Part shown: positions 27,564 through 40,197 of the stretch, in pieces | Layout: every line of letters begins with the position of its first letter | How positions within the stretch are numbered: position 1 is the stretch's first letter | NCBI GenBank assembly: GCA_033764015.1 | Contig: JANRJK010000026.1 | Location: 1 to 49,005 of the forward strand | Origin: Candidatus Sumerlaeia bacterium | GTDB lineage: Bacteria; Sumerlaeota; Sumerlaeia; SLMS01; JANRJK01 | Reading direction: 5' to 3' | DNA length: 49,005 nucleotides | The notes under the pieces: generated by a model | Database searches by the model: none | What the model saw: only the letters and a program-made list of their open reading frames with translations | Told to the model about the DNA's origin: nothing | Made by a program: the position numbers and the translations under genes

Positions 27564-27567
<4 letters not shown>
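26527..27567 (+). CDS. RND efflux membrane fusion (periplasmic adaptor) lipoprotein
   Basis: Lipobox [43 protein letters not shown] overlap with ArsR. Confidence 0.92.
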
Positions 27568-30809
<3,242 letters not shown>

Positions 30810-30966
30810 GGGGGGCAGTTCGAAGAGAGTTTCACTTGCGGGAGCGAGAGTGTCACGACGCAGGCGGCTGATTGCGCTTGCGTCGGACAACAGTCGTGCC
30901 CAGCTTACTCTGCTAGGTTCAAGATGACCGGTTACACGCAACCAAGTACATCATTTGGAAACAGCA

Positions 30967-32430
30967 ATGGAAGGCTTGCTCCCCACGAAGGCGCCCAAGG
31001 TCTTTATCTCCTATGCTTGGGGGAGTGGCGAGCATGAGCAATGGGTCCTGCGCCTCCAAGAGCGGCTCCGGGGCAACGCCATCGACGCGATCATGGACAA
31101 GACTCATCTAAAGAAGGGCAATGACCTTCACGCATTTATGGAGCAAATGGTTACAAATCCAGAAATCAATCATGTGCTCTGCATCTGTGATGCGAATTAC
31201 CAGCGAAAGGCCGATGCCCGGGAGGGTGGCGTAGGTGCGGAAACTCAGATCATCACTCAGGATCTATACAACAAGACCAAGCAGGAAAAGTTTATTCCTG
31301 TGTTGCGCGAAAGGGATGTTCAGGGGGCATTTTATTGCCCAGTTTTTTTGAAGACGAGAGTGGCGGTTATCTTCACTGAAGAATCCATGTTCGAGCAGAG
31401 CCTAAAGGAACTCACACGGCACATTTATGGACAACCTGACTTCCCGCTTCCTCCACTGGGTGAGCGGCCAAGTTATCTGTACGACAGTAGAAGGTATGAA
31501 CACAAGACTTTTTCTGTTTTTGAAGGCGTGACCCGCAGTATGACTCCCCAAACAGAAACTCCAGTAGCAGCGTCGAAGAAGTATCTGAGGGCGCTTTCAA
31601 GTGCGGTGCTAGACTTCCGGGTATCTGAAGATCGGGAGTTGCCATCACTAGATCGACTTCAAGAGTCCTTTGCTTCGACCGCGTCTTATAGGGAAGAGTT
31701 CTTGGAGTTCTTGATTCTCGTCGCTGGAAGTGAGGATATTGAGAAGCACACTGACTTGCTGCACAAGTTCTTTGAGTCGGTTGCTGCTTGCTGTTGCACA
31801 AGGCTCGTCAATGACGAGCCAAAGGCATTCTTTATCAGAGAAGCTTTTTTGAGTTTTGTCGCGGTCATGATTTCCGAGGGCCATACGGCGGCTCTTGATC
31901 GATTCCTAAGGAGCAAATTTATTGCTGAAGTGAACAACAGATTTGAGGAATTTGGGTATGAAGTCTTTGACAAGTATCTCGAGTTTACTGAGAATTTCCA
32001 CCAGCAGGAGAGGGCGGCTCAAGGAGAATCAAATTATCCTTCCCTGGCAGCGAAGATAGCCATAGACCGCATCGCCGACTCGAAGCTGACATTTGAACAG
32101 CTTATTGAAGCGGATGTCGTTCTCGCGTTGAGGTCGATCTTTTCCTTGGGTGATGATGCTGACCGCTACAGTACCGTTTGGTTTCCCCGACTCCTTCTCT
32201 TGTCTGGAGAGCACCGAAATGGCAAGACCCTCCCGACATTCGCAAGAGCGATAGATCCGGTGCGAAAGAAGTGTGCCTTGGAATGTCTGGGATTCAAATC
32301 TGGGGAGGAGCTTGAGGGGGCCTACGCAAAGATGGCGCAAACGGAGCGACTCAAACGTATTCAGTATCAAGCATGGTATGGGGCGAAGTACGAGAGAATG
32401 ATCAATCTGGAAAAAATTGTTGCACGCTAG
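30967..32430 (+). CDS. SEFIR/TIR domain protein, candidate anti-phage defence; lower-GC solo gene
   Basis: PKVFISYAW...WVLRL..RLR..D..LKKGNDL..FME...Y..KAD.REGGVG.E...KFIPV. Confidence 0.85.
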   Translation: MEGLLPTKAPKVFISYAWGSGEHEQWVLRLQERLRGNAIDAIMDKTHLKKGNDLHAFMEQMVTNPEINHVLCICDANYQRKADAREGGVGAETQIITQDLYNKTKQEKFIPVLRERDVQGAFYCPVFLKTRVAVIFTEESMFEQSLKELTRHIYGQPDFPLPPLGERPSYLYDSRRYEHKTFSVFEGVTRSMTPQTETPVAASKKYLRALSSAVLDFRVSEDRELPSLDRLQESFASTASYREEFLEFLILVAGSEDIEKHTDLLHKFFESVAACCCTRLVNDEPKAFFIREAFLSFVAVMISEGHTAALDRFLRSKFIAEVNNRFEEFGYEVFDKYLEFTENFHQQERAAQGESNYPSLAAKIAIDRIADSKLTFEQLIEADVVLALRSIFSLGDDADRYSTVWFPRLLLLSGEHRNGKTLPTFARAIDPVRKKCALECLGFKSGEELEGAYAKMAQTERLKRIQYQAWYGAKYERMINLEKIVAR

Positions 32431-32574
32431 GGAGCCTCACGCTCCTAATTTGACACTTGTAGGATTGGGCCAAGTGATTGGAATGCGGCCTTGGGTGTGC
32501 TACCTTGGGTGAACTGCTACGCTATGAAATCCAAAGACGGCGCGCGACAACCTCTTGTGGGAGGTTGCCCCACC

Positions 32575-33492
32575 TCAATTCCTCCACCCCTCATGGCACA
32601 CTCGGCACTCCGCCTTGACCGCCGCGAAGAGGTCGTCCGCGCGTTTCGTTTCCCCTGCGGCGAGCGCTTCGCGGAGGTCCCAGGCGGCTTGGCGGATGCG
32701 TTCCATGCCGGCATGGAAGTCGGCGTCGTATTCGCCTTCGGTCACGCGGTGGGATTCCTGCAGGCCCTCGGCGAGGAGTAGCGCTTCGTGCGCGGGCGAG
32801 ACGTCCGGATGGCCGGGGGGCGTGTTCCAGCCAGCCTTCTGGCAGAGCGCGACGCGGTCGAAGGTGCGGTCCACCTGCGCCATGATCGTGATGAAGTCGT
32901 CCACGCGGGCGACCTCGACGAGGGGGCGTCCGCGCGGGGGCAGGTGGGCGGGGTCGAAGTCGCGCACGTCCGCCCAGAGGCCGGCGTACTCCTTGCCGGT
33001 GCCGGCGGTGGCGAGGAAGGCGACCGCCTCCTCCGGCGCACAGCCGGTCTCGAGGCGCTTCGCCACCGCGGCGGCGGCGGGGCCGCGGTGCTTGCCGTGG
33101 TGGCAGTGGACGAAGATCGTGCCGGGCTCCTCCGCGAGCAGCTCGCGCAGCGACGCGGCCACGTCGCCGGGCACGCTGTCGTAGCCCATCGGCAGGTGGA
33201 CGTAGCGCATGCCGCGGGCGCGGGCGGCGTCCACGTCGGGCTGCGCGCCATCGACGCTGACGATGGTCGAGACGCCGAGCGCGGCGAGCCGGTCGAACGC
33301 ATCGTCGCCGTTGGGCTGGCCGCCGGACCAGATGCGGTCGGTGACGGGGAGCAGGTTTTCGATGGGGGCCATTTCCGCGGCGACGGCGGCGGCGGGCGCC
33401 GGCGCGGCGGGGGGGTCGGGGCCGCGGGCGCAGGCCGCCACGAGGATCGCCGCGGCGGACGCGGCGGCGGTTGAATAAAGCGCGTGGCGCAT
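32575..33492 (-). CDS. Lipoprotein: Cys-phosphatase/DUF442-like domain fused to a class II cytochrome c
   Basis: Lipobox VAAC; IWSGGQP...TIVSVDG...VHCHHGKHRG (CX5R); C-terminal CRVCH haem motif. Alternative start at 33510. Confidence 0.75.
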   Translation of the reverse strand: MRHALYSTAAASAAAILVAACARGPDPPAAPAPAAAVAAEMAPIENLLPVTDRIWSGGQPNGDDAFDRLAALGVSTIVSVDGAQPDVDAARARGMRYVHLPMGYDSVPGDVAASLRELLAEEPGTIFVHCHHGKHRGPAAAAVAKRLETGCAPEEAVAFLATAGTGKEYAGLWADVRDFDPAHLPPRGRPLVEVARVDDFITIMAQVDRTFDRVALCQKAGWNTPPGHPDVSPAHEALLLAEGLQESHRVTEGEYDADFHAGMERIRQAAWDLREALAAGETKRADDLFAAVKAECRVCHEGWRN

Positions 33493-33620
33493 CGTTAGGG
33501 ACTCCCGCATTCGGTTGCCCGCGTTTCTGCGCCGCGTGGTAGCCTATGCCTCGCAGGGGCGGTGGGCCGCACAGTGGCGCGTCCGGGCCGCCCCCGCAAC
33601 ACTGAACCGCAGGAGTCGCC

Positions 33621-34658
33621 ATGTCACGGCAGGGACCCAATCCGTTCGGCCCGCGCGAGCCGGACCTCGATGAGTTGAAGGCGCAGGGGGCGAAGGTGGC
33701 GCGGGCGCTGGGCGTGGGCCTGGTGGTCGGCGCCGTGCTGTTCGGCCTCGCCTCGATGGCCTACACCGTGCAGCCGGAGGAGCGCGCAATCGTCACGCGC
33801 TTCGGCCGCGTGGTGCGCCTCAGCGACCCGGGGCTGCACTTCAAGCTGCCCTTCGGCATCGAGCGCACGCACCGCGTCGCCACGGAGCGCATCCTCAAGC
33901 AGGAGTTCGGCTTCCGGACCCTCGAGGCCGCGCAGCGCACGCAATACTCCCCCGAGGATTTCAACGACGAGTCGCTGATGCTCACCGGCGACCTGAACGT
34001 CATCAACGTCGAGTGGGTGGTCCAGTACCGGATCACGAACCCGGAGCAGTACCTGTTCCGCGGCATGCGCGAGGGCGTCGAGACGCTGCGCGACATCTCC
34101 GAATCGGTGATGCAGCAGGTGATCGGCAACCGGCTCGGGAGCGACGCGCTCACGGTGGGCCGCGTCGAGATCGCCAGCGTGGCGCAGGAGCGCATGCAGG
34201 CGATCCTGGACGGCTACAACTCGGGCATCACGATCCTGCGCGTCGAGCTGCAGGACGTGACGCCGCCCGATTCGGTGAAGCCCTCCTTCAATGAGGTGAA
34301 CGAGGCGAGGCAGGAGCGCGAGCGCATGATCAACGAGGCGGAGCGGGCGCGGAACGAGACGATCCCCCGCGCGCTCGGCGAGGCGCGGCAGGCGGTCGCG
34401 CAGGCGCAGGGCTACGCGGCGGTGCGCGTGAACCGCGCCCGCGGCGAGGCGACCCGCTTCCTCGAGCTGGCGCAGGCCTACGGGGAGGCGCCGGAGGTGA
34501 CCCGCCAACGCTTGTTCCTTGAAATGATCGACAAGGTGATGCCGCAGATCGGGCAGGTCTTCGTCGTCGAGGGCGGCCAGTCGGCGCCGCTTCCCATCAT
34601 GAACCTGACGCCGGGAACGCACTTCCCGACCGACGCCGCCAAGGGGGCCGCACGATGA
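33621..34658 (+). CDS. hflK: FtsH protease modulator HflK
   Basis: PGLHFKLPFGIE, MLTGDLN..VEWVVQYRI, LQDVTPP.V..FNEV..A.QE, APEVTRQRLFLE. Confidence 0.93.
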   Translation: MSRQGPNPFGPREPDLDELKAQGAKVARALGVGLVVGAVLFGLASMAYTVQPEERAIVTRFGRVVRLSDPGLHFKLPFGIERTHRVATERILKQEFGFRTLEAAQRTQYSPEDFNDESLMLTGDLNVINVEWVVQYRITNPEQYLFRGMREGVETLRDISESVMQQVIGNRLGSDALTVGRVEIASVAQERMQAILDGYNSGITILRVELQDVTPPDSVKPSFNEVNEARQERERMINEAERARNETIPRALGEARQAVAQAQGYAAVRVNRARGEATRFLELAQAYGEAPEVTRQRLFLEMIDKVMPQIGQVFVVEGGQSAPLPIMNLTPGTHFPTDAAKGAAR

Positions 34659-35767
34659 ACAAGCCATCCAAGGCGGGACTGGGCCTCGGCGCCCTCGTCC
34701 CCGTCATCATCGCCGCGGCGGTCCTCGCCCGCGCCTCGCTGTTCAGCCTCGACGAGTCGCAGCAGGCCATCGTGGTGCAGTTCGGCGAGGTGGTCGGCGA
34801 GACCATCACCGAGCCGGGCCTCCACTTCAAGAAGCCCTTCGTGCAGGAAGTGCGCTACTTCGACAAGCGCCTGCTGGCGTGGGACGGCTTTCCCAACGAG
34901 GTGCCGACGAAGGGGCGCGAGTTCGTCTTCGTCGACGCCACCGCGCGCTGGCGCATCGTCAACCCGCGCCTGTTCCTCGAATCGGTCCGCGACGAGAAGG
35001 GCGCCCAGTCGCGCCTGGACGACATCCTCGATTCCGCCGTGCGCGACGAGGTGTCGAGCCTCGAGCTGGTCGAGATCGTGCGCTCGACGGACTGGCGCGT
35101 GGACCCGGCGCGGCTCGCGAGCGAGATCGCGCTCTCCGACGAGGAGAGCGAGCTGTTCGCCCCGATCACGGTCGGGCGCGAGGGGCTCACGCAGCGCATC
35201 CACGAACGCGCCGCGGCGGAGACGCTCAGCATCGGCATCGAGCTGGTCGACGTCCGCCTGAAGCGGCTCAACTACGTCGAGTCGGTGCGCCGGAAGGTGT
35301 ACGAGCGCATGATCTCGGAGCGCAAACGCATCGCGGCGCAGTTCCGCTCGGAAGGCGAGGGCCGCAGCGCGGAGATCCGCGGCGACACGGAGCGGCAGCT
35401 GCAGGAGGTGCGCTCGAAGGCGGAGCGCGACGCGGAGATCCTCCGCGGCCGGGCGGACGCGGCGGCGGCGCGCATCTACGCCGACGCCTACAACGCCGCG
35501 CCGGACTTCTTCGCGCTCCAGCGGACGCTCGAAAGCTACGCCACGTCCCTCACCGCGCGCTCGACGGTGGTGCTCGGCACGGACAGCGACTATTTCCGCT
35601 TCCTCAAGAGCATCGGCGGCGAGAAGGCCGCGAAGGTCGCCGGAGACATCCCCGAGCGCATCAAGCGCATCGAGGAGTACGAGAAGCAGGCGATCTCCCA
35701 GGACCTCACGGAGGGACTCGGCGAGGACCTGCCGGAGATCGAGTCCACCGGCGCCGGGGAGCCCTGA
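34655..35767 (+). CDS. hflC: FtsH protease modulator HflC
   Basis: PGLHFKKPFVQ.V.YFDKR, VDVRLKR, VYERMISERKRIAAQFRSEG, SDYFRFL. Confidence 0.93.
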   Translation: MNKPSKAGLGLGALVPVIIAAAVLARASLFSLDESQQAIVVQFGEVVGETITEPGLHFKKPFVQEVRYFDKRLLAWDGFPNEVPTKGREFVFVDATARWRIVNPRLFLESVRDEKGAQSRLDDILDSAVRDEVSSLELVEIVRSTDWRVDPARLASEIALSDEESELFAPITVGREGLTQRIHERAAAETLSIGIELVDVRLKRLNYVESVRRKVYERMISERKRIAAQFRSEGEGRSAEIRGDTERQLQEVRSKAERDAEILRGRADAAAARIYADAYNAAPDFFALQRTLESYATSLTARSTVVLGTDSDYFRFLKSIGGEKAAKVAGDIPERIKRIEEYEKQAISQDLTEGLGEDLPEIESTGAGEP

Positions 35768-35774
35768 GCCACCT

Positions 35775-36227
35775 ATGCCCTGCGGCGACGTGACGGAGAC
35801 GATCCGCCTCCGCCTCGACGGCGGGGACCGGCTGCTGGACTACCGGCTGTCGAAGCGCACCTGCGGGCGCGCGGTCGGCGAGGCGTCGCTCCTCGCCGGC
35901 GCGCTCGCGGGGCGCGGAGCCGCCGCGATCCTCGCCATCGACGTGGAGGACTTCGCCGCGGAGCAGGCATTCGGCGAGGACGAGGTGGCGGTGTTCCTCG
36001 CGCTCAAGCACCTCTTCGCGCTTCAGGCCGCGCTCCGCGCCGCCACGGGCCTCGAACCCGCGGGGCTCCACGACGCCTGCACCGTCGCCGTCGTCGCCGC
36101 CGAGGGCGAGGAGACCATCGTCGAGGCGGACATCTCCATCGACGTGGTGACGGAGCGCATCAAGTCCTGCGGCAACTGCAAGGGCTGCGGCGCGCTGAGG
36201 AAGCTGGCGGCGAAGGCGCCGGTCTAG
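35775..36227 (+). CDS. Divergent IscU/NifU-N-like protein with C-terminal CxxCxxC
   Basis: PCGDV...D.....CGRAVGEASLL resembles the IscU core PACGDV...GCGSAIASSSL; ends SCGNCKGC. Confidence 0.5.
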   Translation: MPCGDVTETIRLRLDGGDRLLDYRLSKRTCGRAVGEASLLAGALAGRGAAAILAIDVEDFAAEQAFGEDEVAVFLALKHLFALQAALRAATGLEPAGLHDACTVAVVAAEGEETIVEADISIDVVTERIKSCGNCKGCGALRKLAAKAPV

Positions 36228-36237
36228 AGGGTCCGCG

Positions 36238-37227
36238 CTACGCCGCGTCGGCGCCCCCGGCTCCGGTGGCTCCCGGGCGGCCGCGCGCGACCAGCGAAGC
36301 GATGATCCCCAGCGCCAGGATCGACACGATGATCCCCAGCGACAGCGGGACCGGGATGAGGAGCTTCATCGCGGCGAGGATCATCTTCACTCCGACGAAG
36401 CCGAGCAGCACCACCAGCGCGTGCTTGAGGTACTTGAACTGACCGAGGACTCCGCCCAGCGCGAAGTACAGCGCGCGCAGCCCCAGGATCGCGAAGATGT
36501 TCGACGTGAACACGATGAACTTGTCGCGCGAGACGGCGAACACCGCCGGGATCGAGTCCACCGCGAACAGCACGTCGGTGCTCTCCACCACCAGCAGCAC
36601 CAGGAACATCGGCGTCATGAAGAGGCGCCCGCCTTCGCGGACGAAGAAGTGGTCGCCGTGGAAGTCCTGCGTGACCGGGAAGAACCGGCGGGCCAAACGC
36701 ACCAGCGGGTTGCGGTCGGGCGCGATCTCCTCGTTTCCGGAAACCGCCATCCGGTACGCGGTGTAAAGCAGGATCGCTCCGAAGAGGTACTCGACCCAGA
36801 CGAAGCGCGCGATCGCCGCCGCGCCCGCCGCGATCATCACCCCGCGCAGCACCAGCGCGCCTATGATCCCCCAGAACAGCACCCGGTGCTGGAACTCGGG
36901 ACGCACCGCGAAGTAGCGGAAGATCACCGCGAACACGAAGATGTTGTCCAGGCTGAGGGACTTCTCGACCAGGTACGCCGCGAGGAACTGCAGCGCCGCC
37001 GTCCTGCCGTCCATCTCGAGGCCGAAATCCCGCCCGATCCCCCCCCAATGGTTCTCGTACGCGAAGTACACGAACACATTGAAGCACATCGCGACGAACA
37101 CCCAGAACGCCGTCCAGCCGAGCGCCTCCTTCAGCTCCACCACATGGTTCTTGCGGTTCAAGACGCCGAGGTCGAAGGCGAGCAGCAGCACCACCAGCAG
37201 GAGGAACGAAACCCAGTAGATCGTCAT
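36238..37227 (-). CDS. TerC/Alx family membrane protein
   Basis: EKSLSLDNIFVF, QHRVLFWGIIGALVLRG, FAVDSIPA, SNIFAILGLRALYF. Confidence 0.94.
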   Translation of the reverse strand: MTIYWVSFLLLVVLLLAFDLGVLNRKNHVVELKEALGWTAFWVFVAMCFNVFVYFAYENHWGGIGRDFGLEMDGRTAALQFLAAYLVEKSLSLDNIFVFAVIFRYFAVRPEFQHRVLFWGIIGALVLRGVMIAAGAAAIARFVWVEYLFGAILLYTAYRMAVSGNEEIAPDRNPLVRLARRFFPVTQDFHGDHFFVREGGRLFMTPMFLVLLVVESTDVLFAVDSIPAVFAVSRDKFIVFTSNIFAILGLRALYFALGGVLGQFKYLKHALVVLLGFVGVKMILAAMKLLIPVPLSLGIIVSILALGIIASLVARGRPGATGAGGADAA

Positions 37228-37339
37228 TCAGGGGAGCCTTGCGGAGTCGAGGGGGGCGCCGGCACGCGGGGGAGGTCGCGTGTCGCGCCGCCTGTAGCAG
37301 CCCAACGCCGTCCCGACCGCCGCAAGGGCAATGGGCCTG

Positions 37340-38305
37340 TCACGACGCGAACCACTGCGCCATGCGGTAGTAGATCGGAATCCCGACAGACAGGTTGAAC
37401 GGGAACGTGATGCCGATGGCCGCGGTGAGGTAGATCGACGGGTTCGCCTCGGGCAGCGCGATGCGCACCGCCGCCGGCGCCGCGATGTAGGACGCGCTCG
37501 CGGCCATGGCGCCGAGCGCCGTCGCCCCTCCCACCGACAACCCCGCGACGTGCCCCAGCGCGACGCCCAGCGCGCCGTTGACCAGCGGCGTGAGCAGCCC
37601 GAAGACCACGACGAACTTGCCGGTCTTCTTCAATTCGCCCAGCCGCGACGCCGCGACCAGCCCCATGTCCAGCAGGAATAGGCAGAGGACCCCTTGGAAC
37701 GGATCGGCGAAGAACGGCTTCACGCGCTCGAAACCCACCGGCCCGGTCGCGTAGCCGATCACCATGCCACCGGCGAGGAGCACCACGCTCTTGCCGGTCA
37801 GGATCTCATGGATCGCCGCCTTCAGCGAACCCTCCTTGCGCGATGCCTTCTGGGCCAGCAGCAGCCCGACGAAGATCGCCGGCACCTCCAGGATGGCGAC
37901 GAGCGCCGGAAGGTAGCGCTCCGCCGGCTCGCCCGCGAGATCCAGGAACGACAGCGCCGCGATGAACGTCACGACGGAGACCGACCCGTAGTGCGCCGCC
38001 AGCGCGGCCGAATCGGCGATCGAAAGCTTGCCCAGCTTCCACGCGGCGAGGAACGCGCCGAGCGGGGTGCCGACGCCGAGGATCACCGTCGCGAGCACGG
38101 GGAGCGCCATCTCGCGCAGCGACGCCTCGCCGAGCGCGACGCCGCCCTTCAGCCCGATCGCCAGCATCAGGTAGGTGGAAAGCGTGGTGTAGACCACTTC
38201 CGGCAGGCGCAGGTCGCTGCGGAGCGCGCGCGCCACGGCGCCGAGCGCGAAGCACAGCACCATGGGCGACAACAGGTTGAGCTTGAGCAGGTCGAAGGGG
38301 ATCAC
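37340..38305 (-). CDS. Sodium-dependent bicarbonate transporter family permease (SbtA/DUF897)
   Basis: AIGLKGG, AAHYGSVSVVTF, FLLDMG, ASASYIAAPAA, TFPFN...GIPIY. Confidence 0.92.
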   Translation of the reverse strand: MIPFDLLKLNLLSPMVLCFALGAVARALRSDLRLPEVVYTTLSTYLMLAIGLKGGVALGEASLREMALPVLATVILGVGTPLGAFLAAWKLGKLSIADSAALAAHYGSVSVVTFIAALSFLDLAGEPAERYLPALVAILEVPAIFVGLLLAQKASRKEGSLKAAIHEILTGKSVVLLAGGMVIGYATGPVGFERVKPFFADPFQGVLCLFLLDMGLVAASRLGELKKTGKFVVVFGLLTPLVNGALGVALGHVAGLSVGGATALGAMAASASYIAAPAAVRIALPEANPSIYLTAAIGITFPFNLSVGIPIYYRMAQWFAS

Positions 38306-38451
38306 AGGCGCCTTCCGCGGGTCGAAGCGGGAGGGCTAGCGCCCCGTGCGGACAGCGGCAACCGGTAAGCGCAAGGGGGAGCTTGCGCGTCGGGGTGCGC
38401 CGGGACTAAGGAAGAAAGGAAGCATATCCTCCACCGCCGGAATTCGGGTAC

Positions 38452-40191
38452 ATGCTGACGCGACTCAGGATCGAGAACTTCAAGCGGCTGGATGGGACGG
38501 ATATCCCGCTTCAGAACTCCGTTGTGTTCGTCGGGCAAAACAACTCGGGAAAAACCTCCGCGCTCCAGGCCATCTGCCTCTGGCGAGTGGGGCTGTCCAA
38601 GTGGCTCGAACGTCGCGGGGGCGCATCGAAGGCGCCGTCCAAGAACACGGGAGTGGGCATCAACCGACGCGACTTGACGACGGTGCCTGTGCCGGCCTCA
38701 AGCCTGCTCTGGCGCGAGCGGCGGACACGCGCCGCCAAGCCTTCCGTCGGCAAGGCGCAAGGTCCTGCAAAGACCGAGTACGTTTACCTGCGAGTTACGC
38801 TCGACGGACTGGATGCGAACGCAGCGCCGTGGAGCCTCGGGCTAGAGTTCTACTACGCAAACGACGAGTCACTCTACTGCCGTCCTGTGGGCCTTGGTCC
38901 CTCCGGGTCAGACCGGAGCGAACTCGAACGCAACGTCGCCGCCGCTTCCCGTATCCGGGTCGCGTTCCTCCCCGCCATGTCCGGACTCGCGGATACCGAG
39001 TTCCTCAAGCAGCCCGGAGAGATCGACTTCCTCATCGGCCAAGGGCAGACGGCGCAGGTTCTCCGAAACCTGTGCCACTATCTCAACTCGGACCCGGCGA
39101 AGCGCAAGCGCTGGGAACAGGTGAAGTGGGAACTCCGCGAGCGTTTCGATGCCGAGTTGGGCGACCCAGTTCTGAACGAACGATCCGAAATCACGCTGTC
39201 CTATCGCGAGCGCGGTGTCGAACTCGACATTTCCTCCGCCGGACGCGGGCTGCTGCAGACGCTTCTACTCTTGGCGCATCTGGCTGCGAACCCGGGAAGC
39301 ACTCTCCTGCTCGACGAGCCGGACGCGCACTTGGAGATTTTTCGCCAGCGGGAAACCTATGCGATGCTTCGGGAAATGGCTGCCCGGCACGACTGCCAGC
39401 TCATCGTGGCCAGCCACTCGGAGGTGCTGCTCGAGGACGGAGCGCGGGCGAACTCCGTAATCTCGTTCGTCGGGAAACCGCATCCGTTACTGGATAAGGC
39501 CCAAGCGATCAAGGCGCTTCGGGACATCGGCTTCCGCGACTACTATCAGGCGGAGGTCGCCGGCTGGGTCCTATACGTTGAGGACTTCACCGACCTTGCG
39601 ATCTTGAAGGCGTTCGCAACCGTGCTCGGGCACCCAGTCCACCGGCACTTGGAGCGCCCGTTCGTCAAGTACCTAGGAACCAACGTGCCTCAAGATGCGC
39701 GAAAGCACTACTTCGCGTTGCGGGAGGCGAAGCCGGACCTGCGGGGCATCGCCCTGTTCGACCGTCTCGACAAGAACCTCCAAGCGACGGGGGGGCTCGT
39801 TGAGCTGATGTGGTCCCGCCGAGAGATCGAGAACTACTTCACCACCCGGAACGTGCTCCTGCGCTTCGCGCCGGGAGTCGAGGCGGACACGCTTTTTGGC
39901 TACGACTTGTCCCAACGGGGCCCCGCGGCAATGGAGGAGGCCATCAAGAAGGTCGAGGAGTCCCTGCGCACGTTGGAGAAAGGCGACGGGATCGAGGACC
40001 CCGATGTGAAAGCCAGCGATGAGGTGCTGGCCCCAATTCTCAAGCTCTACTTCGCCGCCTTGGGGCGCTCCGTCGAGTTGGCCAAGCGGGACTACTACCA
40101 GCTAGTCCGGCTGATTGAGCCGGGCGAACTGCCGCAAGAAGTGTCCGAGAAGCTCGACGCCATCCATGCCGTCGCATCACCCGGCGCCTAG
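38452..40191 (+). CDS. ABC-type ATPase with C-terminal TOPRIM-like domain (OLD-like nuclease), candidate defence gene
   Basis: GQNNSGKTS, LLLDEPDAHL, VASHS; YVEDFTD...LFDRLD...RREIENY; codon usage differs from neighbours. Confidence 0.75.
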   Translation: MLTRLRIENFKRLDGTDIPLQNSVVFVGQNNSGKTSALQAICLWRVGLSKWLERRGGASKAPSKNTGVGINRRDLTTVPVPASSLLWRERRTRAAKPSVGKAQGPAKTEYVYLRVTLDGLDANAAPWSLGLEFYYANDESLYCRPVGLGPSGSDRSELERNVAAASRIRVAFLPAMSGLADTEFLKQPGEIDFLIGQGQTAQVLRNLCHYLNSDPAKRKRWEQVKWELRERFDAELGDPVLNERSEITLSYRERGVELDISSAGRGLLQTLLLLAHLAANPGSTLLLDEPDAHLEIFRQRETYAMLREMAARHDCQLIVASHSEVLLEDGARANSVISFVGKPHPLLDKAQAIKALRDIGFRDYYQAEVAGWVLYVEDFTDLAILKAFATVLGHPVHRHLERPFVKYLGTNVPQDARKHYFALREAKPDLRGIALFDRLDKNLQATGGLVELMWSRREIENYFTTRNVLLRFAPGVEADTLFGYDLSQRGPAAMEEAIKKVEESLRTLEKGDGIEDPDVKASDEVLAPILKLYFAALGRSVELAKRDYYQLVRLIEPGELPQEVSEKLDAIHAVASPGA

Positions 40192-40197
40192 CAACCC

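Noticed and set aside
30810..32574. Integron cassette or IS boundaries around the SEFIR gene
   Set aside because: Short hairpins exist, but I found no convincing attC core sites, terminal inverted repeats or target duplications.
37228..37339. yybP-ykoY (Mn) riboswitch upstream of the TerC/Alx gene
   Set aside because: The expected GGGGAGUA and associated conserved motifs were not recognisable on the coding strand.
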